Shown: piece by piece, positions 59,334 to 64,000 of the stretch
Numbering within the stretch: the stretch's first letter is position 1
Layout: each line of letters starts with the position of its first letter
Assembly: GCA_035639195.1 (NCBI GenBank)
Contig: DASQYM010000003.1
Coordinates: forward strand, 24,120-88,119
Origin: Steroidobacteraceae bacterium
Lineage (GTDB): Bacteria > Pseudomonadota > Gammaproteobacteria > Steroidobacterales > Steroidobacteraceae
Direction of reading: 5' to 3'
Length of the DNA: 64,000 nucleotides
Program-made: the position numbers and the translations under genes
Notes under the pieces: generated by a model
Seen by the model: the letters and a program-made list of their open reading frames with translations, nothing else
Told to the model about the DNA's origin: nothing
Databases searched by the model: none

Positions 59334-60413
59334 TCAATCTGCCGCAGCGCTGGGCCTGGTTTCGCGCGCCAGCAGCTGGCCCGCTGACGTCGTGACGACT
59401 TGCGCACCCGCCTCGATACCCTGCTTGACGAAGTAGCCCGCATCCGTCGGCATGTTGGGGTCGATCTCGGTTCGTACGAACAGGCCCGGCTTCTCCTCCG
59501 CGTAGCACCAGTACTTGCCGGCGCTTATGACCACCGCCGAGTAGGGCACGACGACGCCATTTGCGGCAGAGCCGACCGTTGCGTGCGCGATGAGGCGCTC
59601 TCCTTCGCTGGTATCGCCGCCCTTCAGAGTCGCGTAGAAGCTCCGGCCAGGAATCGTGGCGTCGGCCGGTGCGCTCCACACGGCGAGCGTCTCGATGCTC
59701 TTCGAGCCCGGGACGTCCCCGATGTGTGTCAGGCGCAGCGTGGTGGGTACCGTGGACCCGAGCGCCCCCAGCGGAAAGGTGACGCGCGCCAGCTTAGTCT
59801 CACCGCGGGCGAGCGAACTCAACAAAGGGCTGTGGTAATTGTCCTTCCATGGAGCATTCTGACCATAGGTCGCCGACAGGCGCTGCTGCGCGAGTAGCAA
59901 GGCCGCATGGTCGACGGTCGCCTGACGCTCCGCGGCCTCCTGTGCTTCGATCGGCATGGCGCCGGGTGTCCCGGCGAGGCTGCGGGCGCGCGCGAGCGCC
60001 GAACGGCTCTGCCGCTCGACCGCGGCTGCGCTGCTGAGGTCCGCAACCGCCTGCGCGATCGTTTCGCGCGTGGCAACGAGCGCATAGCCCGTGCTCTCGG
60101 GCGCGTGACTGGAGGCAGCGAGTAGGGTGGTCTTGATGCCAGCCTTCTCGATCTCCTCGGGTTTGAGCGTCACGCCCTCGGTTTCGGGGGCAGCCTTCTC
60201 CGTCACCTCGGCGGCCGGCGGTTCCGCGGCGGAGGGCGCCTTGCGGCAGGCAGCGAGGGAGAGGGCAGCGCACGCCGCAACGATCAGCAGAATCGCCGTC
60301 GACTCCCTGGCGCGAGTCCGCGCGTGCAGGGTAGGGAGGGAGGCTCGGGCCAGGTTCAACTGTAGGGCTTTCACGCGCGCAGAGCGCAGCAGAAGACTAT
60401 GGAGAGGCGGCAT
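59334..60413 (-). CDS. efflux RND periplasmic adaptor lipoprotein (CzcB/CusB-like, short)
   Basis: Lipobox LSLAAC, a coiled-coil segment and C-terminal beta-barrel-like domains. The start is uncertain: ATG 60413 has GGGAG upstream and overlaps the OMF end by 17 nt, and GTG 60374 is an alternative. The ORF-track start 60809 is an extension. Confidence 0.7.
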   Translation of the reverse strand: MPPLHSLLLRSARVKALQLNLARASLPTLHARTRARESTAILLIVAACAALSLAACRKAPSAAEPPAAEVTEKAAPETEGVTLKPEEIEKAGIKTTLLAASSHAPESTGYALVATRETIAQAVADLSSAAAVERQSRSALARARSLAGTPGAMPIEAQEAAERQATVDHAALLLAQQRLSATYGQNAPWKDNYHSPLLSSLARGETKLARVTFPLGALGSTVPTTLRLTHIGDVPGSKSIETLAVWSAPADATIPGRSFYATLKGGDTSEGERLIAHATVGSAANGVVVPYSAVVISAGKYWCYAEEKPGLFVRTEIDPNMPTDAGYFVKQGIEAGAQVVTTSAGQLLARETRPSAAAD

Positions 60414-61875
60414 TGGAGGTGCTCCCAGCGGGTGCGATCTGCGGCCCGCGCGAGGCGGAGGAGGCATCCCAGCCGCCGCCAAGGGCCTTGCACAGCGCAA
60501 CGAGCGCCTGCAGGCGCGCCAGGCGGTACAGCGCGAACTGGTCACGCGCGGCGTACAGAGTGCGCTGCGATTGCAGCAGCGTGAGAAAGTCGCCCGCTCC
60601 CCGCTGGTAGCGCAGCTTCGCTCCCTCGAAGGCGCGCTCGCTCTCGGCCACGCTGCCCTGTTGGTATTCGCGCACCGCGTCCAGATGCTGCACGGCGGCC
60701 AGCGCCTTCTCGACGTCGACCAGCGAGGCGATGATCGCCGCGCGATAGGTCGCCAGCAGCTCCTGCTCCTTCGCCGCCGCTTCGTCCCGCTGCGCCCGCA
60801 AACGCCCATGATCGAAGATCGGCTGCGTCAGGCTGGCGACTGCCGAGTACGAGGGACCGGCGCCCGGGATGGTGAGGACGATGGCTGGCAGCGCCGGATT
60901 CTGCACGCCGGCGCCTGCGGTGAGCGTGAGGCTCGGAAACAGCGCAGCGCGCGCCGCCGAAAGGTTGGCGTGCGCGGCGCGTAGATTCGCTTCGGCGACC
61001 GCCACATCGGGGCGGCGGGTCAACAGCTCCGACGGCAGCCCGGCGGCGACGACCGGCTCGCGGAGCGAATCGAGACTGTCTGCCCGAACCGCGAAGTTCT
61101 CCGGAGGATGTCCGAGGAGCACCGCGAGCGCGGCGCGCGCTTCCATCTCGAGCTGCTCCAGGTCGGATATGGCGATTTGCGCCGTGTACCAGGCGGCCTT
61201 CTGCGAGGCGAGCTCCGTGGGACCGGCGACTCCCGCGTCGAAGCGCGCCTGCACGGCTTCGAGTGTCTTCTGTGCCGCATCCCGGTTGGAGCGCGCGATC
61301 GCCAGGCGCTCGCGCAACGCCAACACCTGGAAATACTCGCTGGCAACGCCGCCGAGAAGGGTGAGTGCCACCGTGTCGCGCTCCACGCGCGAGGCTTCCG
61401 CCAGGAGTCGTGCCGCATTTGCGGTGGCGCGGTTCTTACCCCAGAAGTCCACTTCATAGCTGGCGGAGAGCATCGCGAACCAGTCGAACTCGTGACCGCT
61501 TCCCTGCTGTGAATGCCCCGACAGATAGGTGGCGTTTCCATCGACGCTGACCTTGGGCAGGATCGCGGCGCCCGCCTGGCGTGCGCGCGCGTCAGCCTGG
61601 GCGACACGCTCGCGCGCGCCCGCGAGATCGGTGTTGTCGCGCACGGCCTGATCGACCAGGGCGTTCAGCTCATCACTACCGAAGCCGCGGTACCAGTCCT
61701 GGGCCGGCCATGAGGCGCCCGCACGCGCAGCGCCGTGCTCGAAGTCGGCGGGCGTGACGCGCGGCGGCTGCGGCGGGCTCTCCGTAGCGCAGCCGCACCC
61801 GAGCGCAGCAGCCAACGCAGCTGCTGCCAGTGAGCGGCCGCATGCCGCACGTTTGCCCTCTGCAGGAGAACTCAT
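60397..61875 (-). CDS. efflux outer membrane factor lipoprotein (NodT/CzcC-like)
   Basis: Signal and lipobox (LAAALGC), DFWGKNR, and the duplicated OEP pattern. ATG 61875 is preferred, and GTG 61905 is an alternative. Confidence 0.85.
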   Translation of the reverse strand: MSSPAEGKRAACGRSLAAAALAAALGCGCATESPPQPPRVTPADFEHGAARAGASWPAQDWYRGFGSDELNALVDQAVRDNTDLAGARERVAQADARARQAGAAILPKVSVDGNATYLSGHSQQGSGHEFDWFAMLSASYEVDFWGKNRATANAARLLAEASRVERDTVALTLLGGVASEYFQVLALRERLAIARSNRDAAQKTLEAVQARFDAGVAGPTELASQKAAWYTAQIAISDLEQLEMEARAALAVLLGHPPENFAVRADSLDSLREPVVAAGLPSELLTRRPDVAVAEANLRAAHANLSAARAALFPSLTLTAGAGVQNPALPAIVLTIPGAGPSYSAVASLTQPIFDHGRLRAQRDEAAAKEQELLATYRAAIIASLVDVEKALAAVQHLDAVREYQQGSVAESERAFEGAKLRYQRGAGDFLTLLQSQRTLYAARDQFALYRLARLQALVALCKALGGGWDASSASRGPQIAPAGSTSNAASP

Positions 61876-61984
61876 CGCAAGCGCGCCCCGGCCGCGGTCA
61901 CGCACGTGCTGCGCATGCCTACATGTTGCCTCGGGAGAGCTTTGGTTTCGCTTAAGACCGTGCGCGTCGAGCTAAACTGTGCGC

Positions 61985-62650
61985 ATGAAGCTTCTGCTCG
62001 TCGAGGACTCCGCCCGTCTCTCCGCCGCACTCACGTCCGACTTTCGCCGGGAAGGATTCGTCGTGGATCATGCGGGCGACGGCCAGGCTGCCCTGCGGCA
62101 GATCGAGGCCCACGAGTATGACCTGATGATTCTCGATCTGATGCTGCCGCGGATTTCCGGGCTCGAGGTGCTGCGTGCTTTGCGAGCGTCTCGGGCACCC
62201 ACGCGCGTGCTCGTTGTGTCGGCCCGTGACCAGATCGAGGACCGTGTCGCGGCGCTGAACCTTGGAGCGGACGATTATCTGGTGAAGCCCTTCGATCTCA
62301 GCGAGCTGAAAGCACGCACGCTTGCGCTGCTGCGCCGCCGCTATGGTGAAACCTCCGGCGTGCTGGCACACGGCGGGCTCACCCTCGATACCAATGCCCG
62401 CCTGGCGAGCGTGCTGGGATCGCCAGTGCCGCTCACTCCGAAGGAGTACGCACTTCTTGAGACCCTGCTGCGCCACCGTGGCAAGAGCTTCACGCGCGTG
62501 GCGCTCTTCGAGCGGCTCTATGACGGGCTGAGCGATGCCTCGGACCGCGTCATCGAGGTGATCATCAGCACGCTGCGCACGAAGCTCGCGAGCGCCGGCA
62601 TCCACGCCCTCATCGAGACCCGCCGAGGCTTTGGCTATCGTGTTCCGTGA
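61985..62650 (+). CDS. OmpR-family response regulator (heavy-metal CusR/CzcR-like)
   Basis: MKLLLVEDS, DLMILDLMLP (phospho-Asp) and a winged-helix C-terminus (LTPKEYALLETLL...RRGFGYRV). Confidence 0.92.
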   Translation: MKLLLVEDSARLSAALTSDFRREGFVVDHAGDGQAALRQIEAHEYDLMILDLMLPRISGLEVLRALRASRAPTRVLVVSARDQIEDRVAALNLGADDYLVKPFDLSELKARTLALLRRRYGETSGVLAHGGLTLDTNARLASVLGSPVPLTPKEYALLETLLRHRGKSFTRVALFERLYDGLSDASDRVIEVIISTLRTKLASAGIHALIETRRGFGYRVP

Positions 62651-63725
62651 ATGGGCCGGCCGCTCGCTGCAGCGGCGCCTGCTGCTCTCGCTGCTGCTCG
62701 GCGTGGGAGTGAGCCTGGCGGTTTTCCAGATCGTCGTTGACCGGCTCGTCGACCAGTACATCGAGCGCAGCTTCGCTGCCCAGGAGGATGTGGCGCAGCG
62801 CGATCGGCTGATGCGCGAGGTTGATCTCATCCTCCTGGGTGGTGTCATAACGGTTCTCGGCGTCTGCACGCTCGCCACCGTACTCTCGGTGCGCCGGGGT
62901 CTGAAGCCACTCGAGCGGCTGGCGAGCGCTGCCCAGGAGATCTCCATCGATCAGCCCGCCAGAGCCTTGCCGCTCAGCGGCGTGCCCGCAGAGATTCAGC
63001 CCCTCGGCGAGCGCTTCAATCAGCTCATCGAGCGCCTGAGCGATGCCCTCGAGCACGAGCGGCGGTTCGCCGCTGACCTCGCCCACGAGCTGCGCACACC
63101 GCTCGCCGAAATCCGCACCCTCGGCCAAGCCGGGCTCGCACGTCAGGATGTTGCAGGCCTGCACGATTTTCTGCGGCAGACGGCGGCTGCCGCCATAGGT
63201 ATGCAGAGCGTGATCGAATCCCTGCTAGCGGTCGCGCGCGCCGATCGGGCGGCCGTGCAACAGGCTCTCGAACCCATGTCAGTGGGCGCAGCCGTGCGCG
63301 CTCGCATCGAGCGGCTGAGCGTCATCGCGCCCGAGGACTGCTCGCGGATCATCGCGCGCGTTCCACGGGGACTGTGGATCGAATCCGACCCGCGACTCTT
63401 CGATGCGATGCTGCTCAACCTGCTGGCGAACGCGATTCAGCACGGCGATCCGCGGGCGCCGATCGAAATCGACTGGCTGCAGGAAGCCAGTGGCGCACTA
63501 CAGGTGCGCAACGCAGCGCCGCAGCTGGCCCGCGAGGACGTGCCGCGCCTGACGGATCGCTTCTGGCGCGGGGCCCCGCCGGGCAGGACGGCCGAGTCTC
63601 CGGGACTCGGCCTGGGACTATGGGTGGTCGCAAGCCTGTGCCGCGTGCTCGGGCTCACGCTCGCCCTTGATCTCGATGAGATGCGTCGGCTCACCGTGCG
63701 GCTCGCCGGATTTCGCGCGCTCTAG
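62631..63725 (+). CDS. sensor histidine kinase (HAMP-HisKA-HATPase) with a very short extracytoplasmic loop
   Basis: Two TM helices are separated by about 29 aa. HAMP, H-box FAADLAHELRTPL, N-box LLANAIQHG and G-box GLGLGLW. It overlaps the response regulator gene end. Confidence 0.88.
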   Translation: MAIVFREWAGRSLQRRLLLSLLLGVGVSLAVFQIVVDRLVDQYIERSFAAQEDVAQRDRLMREVDLILLGGVITVLGVCTLATVLSVRRGLKPLERLASAAQEISIDQPARALPLSGVPAEIQPLGERFNQLIERLSDALEHERRFAADLAHELRTPLAEIRTLGQAGLARQDVAGLHDFLRQTAAAAIGMQSVIESLLAVARADRAAVQQALEPMSVGAAVRARIERLSVIAPEDCSRIIARVPRGLWIESDPRLFDAMLLNLLANAIQHGDPRAPIEIDWLQEASGALQVRNAAPQLAREDVPRLTDRFWRGAPPGRTAESPGLGLGLWVVASLCRVLGLTLALDLDEMRRLTVRLAGFRAL

Positions 63726-63839
63726 CGGCAGCTCGCACACCGGCGGCGTCGCTCGTGCGACTGATATGGGCTCACGCAGCGCACGTGGCCGGCGCCGTCG
63801 CCGAAGGCTTCCGCTCTGCCGTAGTAGAATCCGCGCTTC

Positions 63840-63913
63840 GCGCCCGTAGCTCAGTTGGATAGAGCATCAGGCTTCGAACCTGAGGGTCGGGAGTTCGAAT
63901 CTCTCCGGGCGCG
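63840..63913 (+). tRNA. tRNA-Arg (anticodon UCG)
   Basis: Manual cloverleaf: acceptor stem GCGCCCG/CGGGCGC, D stem GCTC/GAGC, anticodon stem TCAGG/CCTGA with loop CTTCGAA (TCG at 63874-63876), and T stem GGGAG/CTCTC with TTCGAAT. Discriminator G. CCA is not fully encoded. TAGAAT, a -10-like hexamer, lies at 63825-63830. Confidence 0.9.
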
Positions 63914-63939
63914 CAGGGTTTTAGGCCACTCACTGGATG

Positions 63940-63961
63940 ACTGAGTCACCACTGAGTCACC
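63940..63961 (+). repeat. tandem direct repeat 2 x 11 bp (ACTGAGTCACC) just downstream of tRNA-Arg
   Basis: Read directly: 63940-63950 and 63951-63961 are identical. They lie in a locally lower-GC stretch that also contains a T6 run (63974-63979). Confidence 0.7.
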
Positions 63962-64000
63962 AGACCCCAGTAATTTTTTCACGTGCCTGCGGACATCGGC

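Overview
High-GC (by eye about two-thirds G+C, not computed), gene-dense chromosomal segment from a Gram-negative, most likely proteobacterial organism. The taxonomic call is an inference from RND, OMF and lipoprotein content and from gene families. I support about 54 protein-coding genes and one tRNA.

Gene content in order:
- two ABC-2 permeases, a TetA-like MFS transporter and a secreted phosphoesterase
- an AcrAB-like RND pair lying back-to-back with a marR-OMF-emrA-like operon
- an Lrp/AsnC regulator, a YeiH-family transporter, folE, a VOC protein, typA and a DUF2721 protein
- a tightly coupled operon of a Rieske oxygenase, a CrtI/PYROXD2-like flavoprotein and a TetR regulator
- a CPBP protease divergent from an MsbA-like ABC exporter
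- a four-gene alpha-glucan/trehalose operon (glgB, treS-pep2, treZ, treY)
- a HAMP-GGDEF-EAL protein
- an orphan [2Fe-2S] subunit followed by gabT
- fpr, azurin, tesB and a CpcT-like protein
- htpX, an FAD oxidase and a lipoprotein hydrolase
- an acidic protein followed by a VIT1 transporter
- proBA
- a molybdenum cofactor operon (moeA, moaA, moaC, a mobA~moaD fusion, moaE)
- tag
- a czcCBA-like heavy-metal RND system with its two-component regulator
- tRNA-Arg(UCG) at the right edge

I found no CRISPR array, IS element, integrase, prophage or recognisable defence or toxin-antitoxin module. The window reads as core or shell chromosome rather than an accessory island, and I do not see a self-contained novel multi-gene system.

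The most interesting items are:
- the Rieske + PYROXD2-like + BetI-like operon, whose substrate is unknown
- an in-frame MobA~MoaD fusion
- a glucan/trehalose operon that encodes a maltose-1-phosphate maker but has no adjacent GlgE, GlgA or GlgX
- two mutually incomplete efflux modules that share a single OMF gene
- a 28-codon uORF that looks like a Rossmann-fold gene relic
- several perfect palindromes and hairpins in regulatory spacers

Many long ORFs in the supplied track are antisense or out-of-frame shadows typical of high-GC DNA and were not called. All family assignments come from motif recognition by eye. No searches were run.
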